Shown one piece after another: positions 24,301 to 37,418 of a stretch of 42,117 nt of DNA. Made by a program: the position numbers and the translations under genes. Numbering within the stretch: position 1 is the first letter of the stretch; each line of letters opens with the position of its first letter. The DNA is from Thelocarpon superellum. Taxonomy: Eukaryota. The notes under the pieces were generated by a model that searched no databases, was not told the DNA's origin, and saw only the letters and a program-made list of their open reading frames with translations. The stretch spans positions 1 through 42,117 of the forward strand of contig JAPEUG010000115.1 in the NCBI GenBank assembly GCA_026025795.1, in the 5' to 3' direction.

Positions 24301-25797
24301 CACCTTGAAACACCTCCAAGGAGGTATCGGCGTGTGGATTGAGGACGATGATCGGAAGCTAGGCCGCAAATCTTCGGGCACGCACGGTCTTCGTCGCACG
24401 GTTAGTGACGAACTCCACCTGCCAGGCTGACGAATCTAACACTGCACAGGTCATGGATCTATGGACAGCCATCGCCACCGTCATGGAACGTGTCTTGCCG
24501 AGAACCAGTGAGACGCTTGAGCTTCTCGCGCCGTTGATCACGTCCGCTCTTCGGAGCCGTCGCAAAGTGATGGTCAGGAAGGCGGTTCATGTCTGGAATC
24601 ACGTGTTTGGCTCGGAATACGCGCTGCAGTATCCTGAGCGGGTGGCGGACGCACTGCAACGCCTGCGTCCAATCTTCGATCTACAACTACCCAATTTTCC
24701 AGTCGATACGGAGCGACAGGTATGTCTCCTATTCCCGAGCAAGGCACAGTGACTGATCGGTGCAGCCTTTCGACATTCCACTCTTTTCCGACGTTTCGGA
24801 CGAGGAGATGCTGTCCGCCCGGTCCAAGGCTCAGCCGATAGCCGGTAGCTCGCCAGCCAGCGGCCCGCCGGAGGCTCCCTCCTCTAGACGTTCGATATCC
24901 GCACAACCCGCACAACCCGTCCGACGCTCGGCACGCCAACGCCGTGCGCGGATCGAATCTCCAGAGCCCGAGCGCCATCGGATCAGCAAGCGCCAGGCGA
25001 CCTCCGAGGAAGTGCGAACGGCTCGGTGCCTTCACGAGGGCCATCCTGACTCGGGCATGGACGGGAGGCAGTCCCCCCGCGACGATCTCCCCGGCGAAGG
25101 CGCATCCCCCACCCAAGAAGTGCCGCCGGTGGAAGGCGTCCCGGCCGTTCGGGTCGACATGGCTGATGAAGTCGTGGAGATCTTCGTCGATGCACTGAGC
25201 AGCCCCCGACACTCGCCGGCGCCACCATCGCCGTTGGTGCACGCGGTCCCCGCTTCCAGCAAGAAGCGGAAACGCCGCTCGTCTTCCACTGGACGCGAGC
25301 ACCCGCCACGACGGAAGTCATCTCGCCTTAGCCAGGCGATCTCCTCGTACGTTTCCTCGACCTCCGAGGGTCCGGACATCTCCTTTGTCGAGAATTCTCA
25401 GCCGAGCACGGCCTCTGAGGCTGGCCGTGAAATGGCCCAGCCGATGGTGTTTGATCTGGAAACGGGAGCCAAGCATGATGAGATCGTGCTCGAGGGCGCG
25501 ATGGCAATCACCGCTCCCGAAGCCTCTCTCGTGGCATTGGAAGTGACAGAGGGGCTGGAGGCGGCGATGACATCGGAGCCAGAGACGAGTGCCATGTTGG
25601 TGCCATCCTCGCCCCCGTTGGACGAGGAGACGGGGCGTGACCGGGCGACGACGCAACGCATCATCGCCACATTGCAAGAGGCGTTGCATGACGTGCAGCA
25701 GGTTGATTTGGCCGCCGAGGCGGTTCGTCAGGTCGATGACCTTTTGTTTTTCATTCGGCGGGCGGTCTTTCAAGGCGGGCGCATGGAGGAGCATTGA
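21359..25797 (+). CDS. RIF1: Telomere length / replication timing regulator Rif1
   Basis: RPPTPPR, KRVEWSPW (RVxW) and SILK PP1-docking motifs, HEAT-like Rif1_N region (WLLIIQKCFNS), short C-terminal helical domain. Introns 24401-24449 and 24720-24765. Confidence 0.92.
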
Positions 25798-26014
25798 GGC
25801 ATGAACCGGCGCGCACCTACTTCAGCATCCCATGTGGTGGCCGCGTCTTGGTGGCACGTTTTGGTTGTGCGATTGAACCGAGGATATCTGTGTCTCCATC
25901 CCTTGCGGCCTGCTACCAGCTCAGTTTTCCACTGTACATACCTTGATTGGGGATTTGGCGACAGCAGCGGACGACGGCTCGCTGCATATCTCCGCTCGGG
26001 TGAATTGAATCGTC

Positions 26015-26360
26015 TCATACCTGAGTGTTCAATAGCAAGTGTCGAGGATCTTTAGGGCGGAATATCCACTTTTGCACGTCCTTGTGATTTCGCTCAATGA
26101 AGAGGAGAGTCTTGCTGGGAGGCTTGCGCATGTGCTCGATGGCAAGTGGGATTTGAGGCTTCCTCAGCCGCATGAGCGCTAGGGTTAGTAAAGGGCTTGC
26201 GATGTGTGAGGAAGGAAGAATACTGACATTGGACTTTGAGAGGAGAGAGCTTCCCACAGATGTGCAGATCCCCGGACACATCTTCAGAAGATGTACGGGT
26301 CCCCGGAGAATGTTCTGGAGATCTCCTACTAGTACGAATCCAATGTAGTATGCTGGGCAT
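26015..26360 (-). CDS. Putative small spliced orphan gene (~98 aa, basic) or spliced ncRNA
   Basis: 49-nt intron 26227-26179 GTCAGT..TACTAAC-CCT-AG joins MPSILHW..LKVQ in frame to SLMRLRKPQ..LLNTQV*; no recognisable domain. Confidence 0.4.
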
Positions 26361-26700
26361 CCGGACGACGGGGGCGCCTCTACTCTTTACAGCACGCGGA
26401 CTCCCGTACCGAGTAGCTGGAGCGCCCCCGCCAACTCTGAGTCGCACAGCGAAGACAGTGCCTCCATGCCCTCGCAGCAGAGCAACAAACACGCGTGACT
26501 CCTTTTCCGGAGCGACAGTTGCAAGAGATGTGCCTGCTTCGTAACCTAACTCTTGCGTCTTTGGTTCTCACAAATCATACAAAGATGGAGAGGCTTGGAT
26601 GTGGTGACGGAAGGTCGCTTGTACATACGAAGGATTGAGCAGAGCCGCGGTGCCAAAAGGAGAGATACCCCCACCATCGCCAGCCAGCGAAGGTAAATAG

Positions 26701-28018
<1,318 letters not shown>

Positions 28019-28456
28019 CGAGGATGGGTCGTCAGTGACGGGAGATGAAGATGACGCGAAAGTGAAAGACGAGCGACGAGCGACGACAGATGAGAATGCG
28101 GGTCATGAAGGTCGGAAGGGAAGGAAGGAAGGAGGGAGGGAAAATGGAGGGAGCGGGCCACTCGACATCTATATCGCTACCGATCTACGCAAATCTTCAC
28201 GTACTGCATCACCTACAACACCATCATAGATAGCGCCCTCTCGTCTGCGTCTCCAATCATCCACCAAAATGGCGTTCCACGTTGTTCAAGGCCAATTCCG
28301 AATCTCCAGAGCGTAATAGCAGAGTTGACACCATACTGGGTGTGTTGCACTCGTTGAGTCTATACCCAGTTACTCGTAGATGTGAAAATGCCCAAGTCCA
28401 TACCATAATATCCACGGATGCAGCGCTGGAACCAGACACCGATGGAGGTGGATTCG

Positions 28457-29846
28457 TCAGTCCAGCCCGCTGAAGCTCCATACAGGCTTATTGGACGTGG
28501 CCTTGCTCTTCTTCAGAGACGTCAGCTCAGTCCCGTTCAATCTCCGCTTCTTCCGTTGCTTGCTGCTGCTGTGTCCCTTGCCGCCGCGGAACCTCTCCTC
28601 CTCGTCGCTGCTGCTATCTTCGGCCTCTTCTTCCTCGTCCTCTGAGCTTCCGCTGCTCTTCTGTCCGTCCACCTCCTCCTCGTCTTCATCTTCGACCGTC
28701 TCAGTCCATACTGATACGATTTGGCCCCCGCCGCTGATCAGGCTGCCCCCGGTCGCCTCGACGTTGAGCGCCATGACGTTCTCGACCTCGTCGTGCCGTA
28801 TCTCCGCAACGATCTTATTAAGGCCCAGACGCACGATTCGGATCGTTCCGTCGCCCATGCCCGCCGCCACGTGTTTGGCGCCCCGATCGCCTTCCGGCAG
28901 GAGGGCGAGGCTGTCGATGCTCTCGCCGCCGCCTACGCCTCGATCGACCACGATGCGCTCCTCTTGGTCATCCCATATCCCGCGTTCCCAGAGCGTCAGC
29001 ACTCCACTTGAACCCCCAACGACCACCTTGTCGCCTTTACTCCCGCCCGGCTTAGCTCCGAGCCCGCTGACCAACACCGAGGCCAACAGCTCCTCTTCCT
29101 GGTCTTCGCTCTTCACCATGACCCCTCTTCGGAGGTCCGTAACCGTTAGTGTGCTTCCTCCAGTCGAAACCCATTGCTTGGCAAATCCGCTTGTGCTGCT
29201 GTCGTTTGGTGGGAGGGGCGTGATGGACGAGATGTAGTCGGCGTGCGGATGGAATGTCTGTTGCGGCTTCTGAGACGGCGTGGAGCCACCTCCGGATCGG
29301 AGGTCGAAGAGGTGAAGCGCCGAAGAGTCAGTGCCGACGAGAAGGGTCTGAGGACAGATGACGTGAAGAAGAGCCGGCGCGTCGATTTCTTGTGAGCCTC
29401 TATTACTAAGAGTTCCATCAGTCTTGGTCTTCTACGGACTCGCATGACAATTTCAGACTTACTTATGATATGGGATGGCCAATTTGGATGTCACTTGCCC
29501 CGTAGAGGTGGAGGCCTCTTTGATGATGCCATCTGTGCCAGCAGAGTACAATGCTACGTTTCGAGTCATCCGTCAGCTTAGTCTTCGTAGACCACTGCAC
29601 GTTGTTACCTTTTCCATCAATGCTGAAGCCTAGAGATCGGCAGCTCCCCTTGTGGCGTTTGGTTCGCCATGCAGTCTTGATGTTACCCACCTCACGGGTT
29701 CCGTCCTCCTTGGCAGCTCCGGACGGCAGTCGGAAGACTTCGACGTGCCCCGCAGCCAGACCAACGGCCAGTAACGGCTCGGTGGGGTGAAGGGCTTGGG
29801 CGAAGAGATCCGAGGTCAAGGGAAGCTTGCATACATTCTCATACAT
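28457..29846 (-). CDS. JIP5: WD40-repeat protein Jip5
   Basis: [55 protein letters not shown], acidic tail ending FSGLD. Two introns near 29608-29554 and 29462-29406. Confidence 0.9.
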
Positions 29847-30351
29847 GGCGTTGGCGTGAAGTGGACGTCGGACGTCCCACAGGTTTAATTGCCCAGGCTA
29901 AGCAGTGTTAATACGAACGTCATGACGCTTGGTACGTGCCTCATCACCAGCAAAGAAGCTATGGTGTAACAGCGGAGGCCGTGTGCCGATGCAGCTTTGT
30001 TGCAGCTTCGGAGCCTTCTCCTCAGAAGCTGGAGCTATCAAAGAAAAATGCAAACAAAGGCTCAGGTGGGTCGAGGTTGCGTCAATTACCGCCGAAACTT
30101 TCCGCTGGATGGCAAGCTTCCCCAGAGCTTCATGCGAGGATCCGAGGTGGCTGTAATTTGCCAGAATGAGACTTCGTAGTCGATGACGAGCTGCATTGCA
30201 GCTCAAGACTAATCATCGTATACTTATCAGCGCCAGCTCAGTGCAAAACGCATCGGTGGAGCCTGCTTGCTCTACCAACAATCGACGGCAAGATGAACAA
30301 CTAATTTTGACTGAATCATTATTGTATTACTGGCGGAAGAGTACGGTTACA

Positions 30352-30422
30352 TCCGTGCTGGTGTATCGGTAACATCTCAGTCTCTCACACTGGAGCGCGG
30401 GGTTCGACTCCCCGGCACGGAA
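30352..30422 (+). tRNA. tRNA-Glu (anticodon CTC), intronless
   Basis: Acceptor TCCGTGC/GCACGGA; D-arm TGGTGTATCGGTAACATC; anticodon arm TCAGT-CT CTC AC-ACTGG; T-arm CGGGG TTCGACT CCCCG. Confidence 0.95.
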
Positions 30423-30423
30423 A

Positions 30424-30430
30424 TTTTTTT
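30424..30430 (+). terminator. RNA polymerase III oligo-T terminator
   Basis: T7 run immediately after the tRNA. Confidence 0.85.
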
Positions 30431-30643
30431 GCCTGTCTTTTCTTGTTTTCATTTCCCAGCTTCAAGCCTGAAGGGGTCTAGATATCAATCTAATCTGTCC
30501 TCATTTCATCATCAGAAATTACAAGACGTCGGTAGCATTCCTCATCTACTTGTCGTTTTCGGCACCGGTGCCACCGGTGGCACGTGTGGCTCGTCATCCT
30601 AGCGATGAAACCGGCTCAGATCAAAACACGCATTTTTTTCCAC

Positions 30644-32380
30644 ATGGCGACACTCTCTGCGCCTCCGGTCTTGTCGACACCGGAGAGCAGCATGTTCGCT
30701 GATGCTCCAGGCGCAGCATCTTCCAGAAAGGGAAGAAATGATGCTCCCAGAATCTCCGATGAGGAACTGCACACCGTCTACGAGATCAAGAGGACGATCC
30801 GCGAGATTCAGGACGGAAAATGGCGACGGATTGCTTTGCAGTTCCCGGATGAGATGCTCCGGGATGCCCCACGCGTCTTCGAGACACTGGATCGAGGACT
30901 GCGGGAAACGAGGGTTTCAGGAAGCAGCTCTTCAACACAGGGCAAGCTCCAAGACGAGCTGCAGAAAGTTGGCCTGAACGAGGACCATGTGGACGACCAT
31001 ACGCCAGAGCACAAGCTCTACATCCTTGGCGACACGTCCTACGGCGCATGTTGCGTGGATGAGATTGCGGCGGAACACGTCGACGCACAGGTCGTGGTGC
31101 ATTATGGTCGATCATGTCTCTCATCCACGGCGAGGCTTCCGGTGATCTACGTTTTCACCCACCATCCGCTTTCCATCGATGCCGCGGTACAAGCCTTCAA
31201 AGATGCCTTCCCGGATCGCGCGCAAAAGGTCATCCTCATGGCAGATGTCACCTATGCAGATCACATTCCATCCCTGCATGAGATGTTGAAGGCGGAAGAC
31301 TATCAGGAGGTCTTTGCGACCCAAATCCTTCACAGTCCGGCCTCCCCTCTTCCAAATCGGACCATGCCAGAGGCCGTCGCTAACGGCGACGACCTTCGCA
31401 AATATCACCTCTTTCATCTTGCCGAGCCACCGGGCAGCTTGTTGTTAACGCTGTCCTCGCGGCTAGCGTCCGTACGAATATGTCCCGCGCATGCGCCACG
31501 AGTTGGGGCAGTGGCCAGTCCACTTGCAGTATCTACATCCCTGGCGCTGCGCCGCAGGTACGCATTGGTGACGTCACTGTCCACTGCGTCGGTCTTCGGA
31601 ATCTTGATCAATACGCTATCCGTGAGCAACTATCTCCAAATTGTGGAGTACGTCAAGGCCCAGATCGCGGCGGCGGGGAAGAAGTCCTACACCTTTGTGG
31701 TGGGCAAAGTCAACGCGGCCAAGCTCGCGAACTTCGGTGAGATCGGAGGATGGGTGGTGATTGGTTGCTGGGAGAGCAGTCTGATCGAGAGCAAGGACTT
31801 TTGGAAGCCTGTGATTACGCCGTTTGAGTTGGATCTCGCGCTGCAGCGTGACAGCGAGCGCATCTGGACAGGCGAGTGGAGGAGCGACTTCAACGACGTA
31901 CTAGCACATGGTTCCCCGGCCAATCAGATCGAAGGCCAAGAGGATGGCGTGCCGGGAGACCGACGCCCCCACGGGCCAGAAGAGGGGCAAGACGACGGGC
32001 TTGATTCTGAAGCCGAATCGGAGCCACCGGAATTCGACCTGCAGACGGGCCGCTATGTATCGCAATCCAGACCGATGCAACGCGAGCGACAGCTACCTAG
32101 GCGCAGTGGCCATGGTGAGAAGCCATCTCCCTCGCAAGTGCTGACCATTCGCGGATCGGGCGAACTAGCGACCATCCGGGGGCATGTGTCGCCAGGAGCG
32201 GAGTTTCTACGGTCGCAGCGAACGTGGCGGGGTCTCGGGAGCGACTTGGAAATTAGATATGAAGACGGCCAGGATGTGGAGGTCGATGGCAGTACGAGTA
32301 CGCCGGGAACATCCATCGCACAAGGCCGGAGCGGGATCGCGAAGGGTTATAGCGTTGGAGACGGAGACGAGCTTCACTAA
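30644..32380 (+). CDS. DPH2: Diphthamide biosynthesis protein 2
   Basis: IALQFPD, LYILGDTSYGACCVDEIAAEH, VVHYGRSCLS, GKVNAAKLANF, ITPFEL, RTWRGLG, GRSGIAKGY; single exon. Confidence 0.95.
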   Translation: MATLSAPPVLSTPESSMFADAPGAASSRKGRNDAPRISDEELHTVYEIKRTIREIQDGKWRRIALQFPDEMLRDAPRVFETLDRGLRETRVSGSSSSTQGKLQDELQKVGLNEDHVDDHTPEHKLYILGDTSYGACCVDEIAAEHVDAQVVVHYGRSCLSSTARLPVIYVFTHHPLSIDAAVQAFKDAFPDRAQKVILMADVTYADHIPSLHEMLKAEDYQEVFATQILHSPASPLPNRTMPEAVANGDDLRKYHLFHLAEPPGSLLLTLSSRLASVRICPAHAPRVGAVASPLAVSTSLALRRRYALVTSLSTASVFGILINTLSVSNYLQIVEYVKAQIAAAGKKSYTFVVGKVNAAKLANFGEIGGWVVIGCWESSLIESKDFWKPVITPFELDLALQRDSERIWTGEWRSDFNDVLAHGSPANQIEGQEDGVPGDRRPHGPEEGQDDGLDSEAESEPPEFDLQTGRYVSQSRPMQRERQLPRRSGHGEKPSPSQVLTIRGSGELATIRGHVSPGAEFLRSQRTWRGLGSDLEIRYEDGQDVEVDGSTSTPGTSIAQGRSGIAKGYSVGDGDELH

Positions 32381-34038
32381 GCAGAGCACCGATCACTGTA
32401 GCCGCAGGGCTCTCCAGCTCGGGCCAAAAAACCAAGCATACCTTCGCTGCCACCAACATCGCTTGCTCATGATGCCTGCAGCAAGCACTTCATCTCACAA
32501 CGGCAGCCGGCGGTACCAAGTGTGATGGGACGACGCTAGAACAGACGGTGGCGGAGCTTTAGAAGCGGGGATTCCTTGGCCAGTAAACTCAACCAACCCT
32601 GCCAAATGATTCGATCGACAAAGCCCGAGCCGAGCACCTCGGTACAAAGTAATATACCAAGTAGCGTCCCCACTCTGCTCGGAGGCTACGTCGCCGCCCA
32701 GTAATGCAAGCATCGTCTGGGACAAGTTCGTGTAGATAACTACCCAGACACTGTTTGGTCAGATGTACTGGGGCAACAAGGCCGTTGGCACGAATCCATG
32801 TTATCCAGCGCATTAGCGCGGCGGACTCTCCGCTGAAGGACGGGCCGGAGTGGGACCTGACGCTGGAAAGCAGAGCATGGAGCGGCGCCGATGGGTCTTC
32901 GGACTGACAGCGTGTGGAGCACACTAGATTAGACCAGGCCGGACTGGAATTCTACCGTCTGTCTGCCGTGGGTGGTGCTGAGCAGGCTGCGAGTGAAATC
33001 GCACCTGCACTTTCTCGTCGGGATGTGGTGGGGCATGAACGTGCGAGTGCGCTTCCATGTGTCAGATCCCATGGTCATCCAGCTGTGCTTGTGTCTCGAG
33101 AAGCCGTTTCTACCGCCGTTAAAAATATCACCTATATGCACAATGGGGAGCGCAGGAACAAGTTTCAGGGTGAAGTACCAGTACGATACTTCTCGGTAGC
33201 GGTGGCGTGAAGCTTGCTGTTTCTATGGAACGCATACGCCTGACAGCTCAAGATACAGTGTGGCGCCAGGCACACGGGCCCCCGGGGGGCGCTCGCTAGG
33301 GGGGAAGGTGGAGGAGCCTCCGCCCGGCGCACGCGGAAGCCCATCCACTCTCACGTCAGATTCTGTCCCGTGGCGTCGACTCGGGTATCGATCCAGAGAC
33401 AGCAGGACAGTACGAACACATGCCGCTTCGCCATTACGTAGCTTGGCCTTCGATCTGCGCTGTCCAAACCATGGCCTGAGCGCGCCCGCGCATGCTGCTC
33501 GGGGGCTCGACCACGCAAATACTTCGTACTTCAGATGGAAGCGTGTGGTACTTGATATGTTTTAAACCATCGTTCCCATGTCATGGCATAACAGGTAGCG
33601 AAGGAATTGATCCTGTGATGGGGGGTTTGGTAAGAGGCCTACGATAATCCTCTTGCGTTATGGCATTGTTGTACGCTTGTGCCGCCTCTGGTAAATTTGC
33701 CGCAGGGCCGCAAACGTGTTCGCGGCACTCACCGATTTCCCACGGTCTTATCGTCGACTGCCTGATCTGCCTGGCTCGCCCGTTACACTAGTTCTGCGGC
33801 CATGTTCCTAAGACTGTAGCTTGGCATGCAGCCTGCACTGCAGGCATCACGCCATGACGACAAGATTCCATCCCCATAATATGTATGACCAAACGATTTC
33901 GCCGGACGGAGCTCCATCAGACTCGAAGATGGTCCGCAGAGGGCAGCCGCGTCAAATACTGGCCGGTTTCGCACGGAGACGCAGCGTCCACTGTCGGTTC
34001 TTTGAAGGTGACAGACGCACAGCCAACCAAGAAACACC

Positions 34039-36183
34039 ATGTCGCTCCCCAAGCTCGTAGGAACGGCCCTGGTGACAGCGTGCTTAGTGCTACTGGTCTC
34101 TGGGAACAGTGAGGGCGTCAATCGCCGAAGTAACATGATCCTATGATGCTGCTCCGTTGCACCACTGACAGCTTCCAAGGTACCTTTGGACCTTTCTCCT
34201 TCCCAAGCTTGATTAATGTCACCGTTGACGAACTCGCCCTGGGACTGGATTTGGGACTGTTCACCAGTGTCGACCTCGTCAAGGTGGGTGCCTTGAATGC
34301 TGACGTGCTCCTCATGTCAAAGCTAAAAGCCTCCAGACCTACCTCGCGAGAATCGACGAGGTGAACGGACAATTGAACGCCGTGACCGAGATCAATCCCG
34401 ATGCCATCAGCATCGCCGAGAATCTGGACAATGAAAGGAAGAGAGGCATTACGAGAGGGTGCGCAGAAGAATCCAGATCCAGAAGAAATCAACCGCGCTG
34501 ACCTCCTCCGAGTCCGCTCAGCGGCATCCCGTTGTTAGTTAAAGGCAACATTGGTACCGCCGATAAGATGAACACCACGGGTGCGCCGACCCCTTAATGT
34601 GGAGCGTTCGCTGCTGACACGCGGCAGCTGGATCATATGCCCTACTGGGCGCCACTCTGCCACGCGACTCGGGCGTTGCTGCGAAGCTGCGAGCGGCGGG
34701 CGTCATCATCCTGGGCAAAGCCAACCTCAGCCAGTGGGCCAATTATCGCTCCAGCAACAGCTCCAACGGCTGGAGCGCCTATGGCGGTCAATGCAAGGGG
34801 GCATATTATCCCAACCAGGATCCGAGTGGAAGTTCCAGTGGGAGTGCAGTCGGGTCGTCTATCGGACTGGCCTTGGCCGCGTTGGGCACCGAGGTGGGCG
34901 GTGGCAAGTTTCGTTCGGGGGGGCTCCAGCTGATCGGACTCGTAGACGGATGGGAGTATTTTGAGTCCCAGCGAGGTGAACAATCTGGTTGGCATCAAAC
35001 CCACCGTCGGTCTGACCTCGCGCGCTCTGGTGGTGCCCATTAGTGAACATCAGGATACCGTGGGTCCACGTAAGTCAAGTGAGCTTCGTGTGCACAGGCT
35101 ATCATGACTGACCTGAAAAGTGGCACGAACGGTGCGAGATGCGGCCTACATCTTGACTGCGATCGCTGGTGAGCATGGTCATCGGTGTTGTTTGGACGCT
35201 GGGTTAAATGGGACACAGGCAAGGATCCCAACGACAATTATACATCGGCAATCCCCTTCCAGACGATTCCGAACTATGTCAAGTCATGCAAAGTGACGGG
35301 CCTTCGCGGAGCGCGCATCGGCGTGCCACGGAATGGTATTTATTTCGTCGATAATACCACCGCTGCCATTCTGACCGCCTTTGACGCGGCGATCAAGACA
35401 ATCTCCGACGCAGGCGCGACGGTGGTGGATAACACGAATTTTTCAGCCATTGACGAAATTCTCAACAGCAGCAATGAGAGCATCGTTTTAAATGCCGACT
35501 TCGTGACAGACCTGCCTGAAAATTACCTGTCAAAGCTCGTCACCAATCCAGAGAATGTGCACGATCTGGTGGACGTGCGCAACTACACGATCAAGGATCC
35601 CCGCGAGGATTATCCGGACCGTGACGTGGCCATCTGGGACGGGGCCTTGGCCCAAGGATTCAACAACACCGATCCACGCTTCTGGGAGGCCTATCAAGCC
35701 GATCTCTTCCTCGGCGGCGAGGGCGGCGTGCTGGGAGCGCTCGAGCGAAACAATCTGGACGCTCTCATCCTGCCCACGTACATCTCGCCCAGCTTCGCCG
35801 CCATCGCAGGCTTGCCCGTGGTGACGGTGCCATTGGGCTTCTATCCGGCCGCTGAGCCCATCACTAAGAACCAGCCACGCCAGGATCTGGTGGAGACCGC
35901 GCCCGGGATCCCGGTACGTGAAGCGGAGCATGGTCCCGGGTGACGCTTTCGCTAACTTAACCCACTGCAGTTTGGCATCTCCTTCCTGGGACGAGCGTTC
36001 AGTGAGGCTCAGTTGATCTCCTATGCCTACGCCTTCGAGCAGCGCACCCATGTACGGAACCAGAGGCAACCATACCTCGAGCCCAAGACCGAGCTCGATG
36101 TGCACCTCTCGGCGAGGGCGCAGGCGGCGATTGGTCCGTTAATACAGGCGGCGACGAGCCTCATAACCGATCTCACCTCATAG
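34039..36183 (+). CDS. Secreted amidase-signature family enzyme
   Basis: Signal peptide [22 protein letters not shown]. Ser-cisSer-Lys triad motifs [47 protein letters not shown]. About 8 introns; stop TAG 36181-36183. Confidence 0.92.
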
Positions 36184-37418
36184 GTGCGGACAGAGGATGA
36201 AGAGGTGCTCGTACCATACGGTTTGGATCAGTGGCAGCGGTGGGGCTCAGCACAAGACGAAAGCTTCTGGCATGTGGTGCAGGCATCTGGTATCCACCAG
36301 GCACTCGCACTTCGTAAGCGTTCTCATACAAGCACGGAGTACTACTGTACGACTACCAGTACTAGTAGTAGTGGTGCTGCATTAGGACCGTTGGATAGTT
36401 CCACGTGCCAAAGAGCGGTACTGATAGTGGGCTAAGGCCATGCTCTCACGCCTGTTGGCCTGCAGCGTTGAGGTGAGAGGATTATCGTGGCCGTGAGTGG
36501 CCTGGTAGCAAATGGCACGCATCCATCGGTGCTCGAAACCGGAATGCGAGGTGTGCTGGGGTGTGTGGCGGGTGGTGCGCGGCAACTTCCGGGGCCTGCT
36601 ACCCTGCAACCTTGATGCCCTGCGGCATCTCGCGGTGTCGCTGCACGGCTACGTCAAGCTTCCCCGGCCATTCGGTTTTCGAGTGCGCGACCAAGGAAAC
36701 GGCCCCAGCCCCAACCTCCCCGCAACCACGATTACGAGTCCTCGACCTCATGCCTTCCACGGTCTGTGCGGAATCTGCCTTTCGACCTCATCGTGACGCT
36801 TCCACCGATTGTTTTGATCGCACCATTTCTCGACGCATAGCGCCACTTATATCCCTCACCGTTGCCCGCGCATCCTCCGAGACGCTCGCCCACTGGCCCG
36901 CGTGCTCGCTCGGCTTCTCGAAGAGTGCTGGCGCGCGCCCGACGCGGCGGAGGAAGCGAGCGAAAGGGTGGAAAGGTGTGGAAAGCGACATAAACTCCGG
37001 CCCTTCGACTACCGCTCGAGCGCATCCGAGCACATGCCGAGTGCCGCCTACTACCGCCCGTCTATCGTCTCTTAAGCCCAAGTAGGACAGTCGTCAACAC
37101 CGATCAACAGAGGAGGGGTCACCATTCCATTATCAACAAAGCCATTCGACTGTTTCCGTCCACATCTCCGGCTCGCCCTCGAGACTCGACCTTCAGCTGG
37201 TGCTGCACCTCCCCGCTCCGGTACAGAGAACCCAGGACGGCAACCGCAGCACCACCAAACCAGCAGTCGTCCTTGATCCGGCAACTACCTCTCTCTAGCG
37301 AAAGGATCGTCGACCTGACCCCGCAGGTAGCCTGAGCATCGTCGGCCTCTGCATTTGAAGCTCCGGTTCCCGTCCAACTCCGCTCGTCGCATCCCCGTTC
37401 ATCGCGCCCACGGTCACC

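Noticed and set aside
26180..26188. CTAACCCTA (minus), 1.5 copies of the TTAGGG complement next to RIF1, as a possible telomerase RNA template
   Set aside because: Fully explained as the TACTAAC branch point plus TAG acceptor of a 49-nt intron. The ~1 kb interval is short for a filamentous-fungal TER, and I saw no U/A-rich pseudoknot.
32400..34000. Short ORFs between DPH2 and the amidase
   Set aside because: No recognisable domain or consistent exon structure; treated as UTR/promoter.
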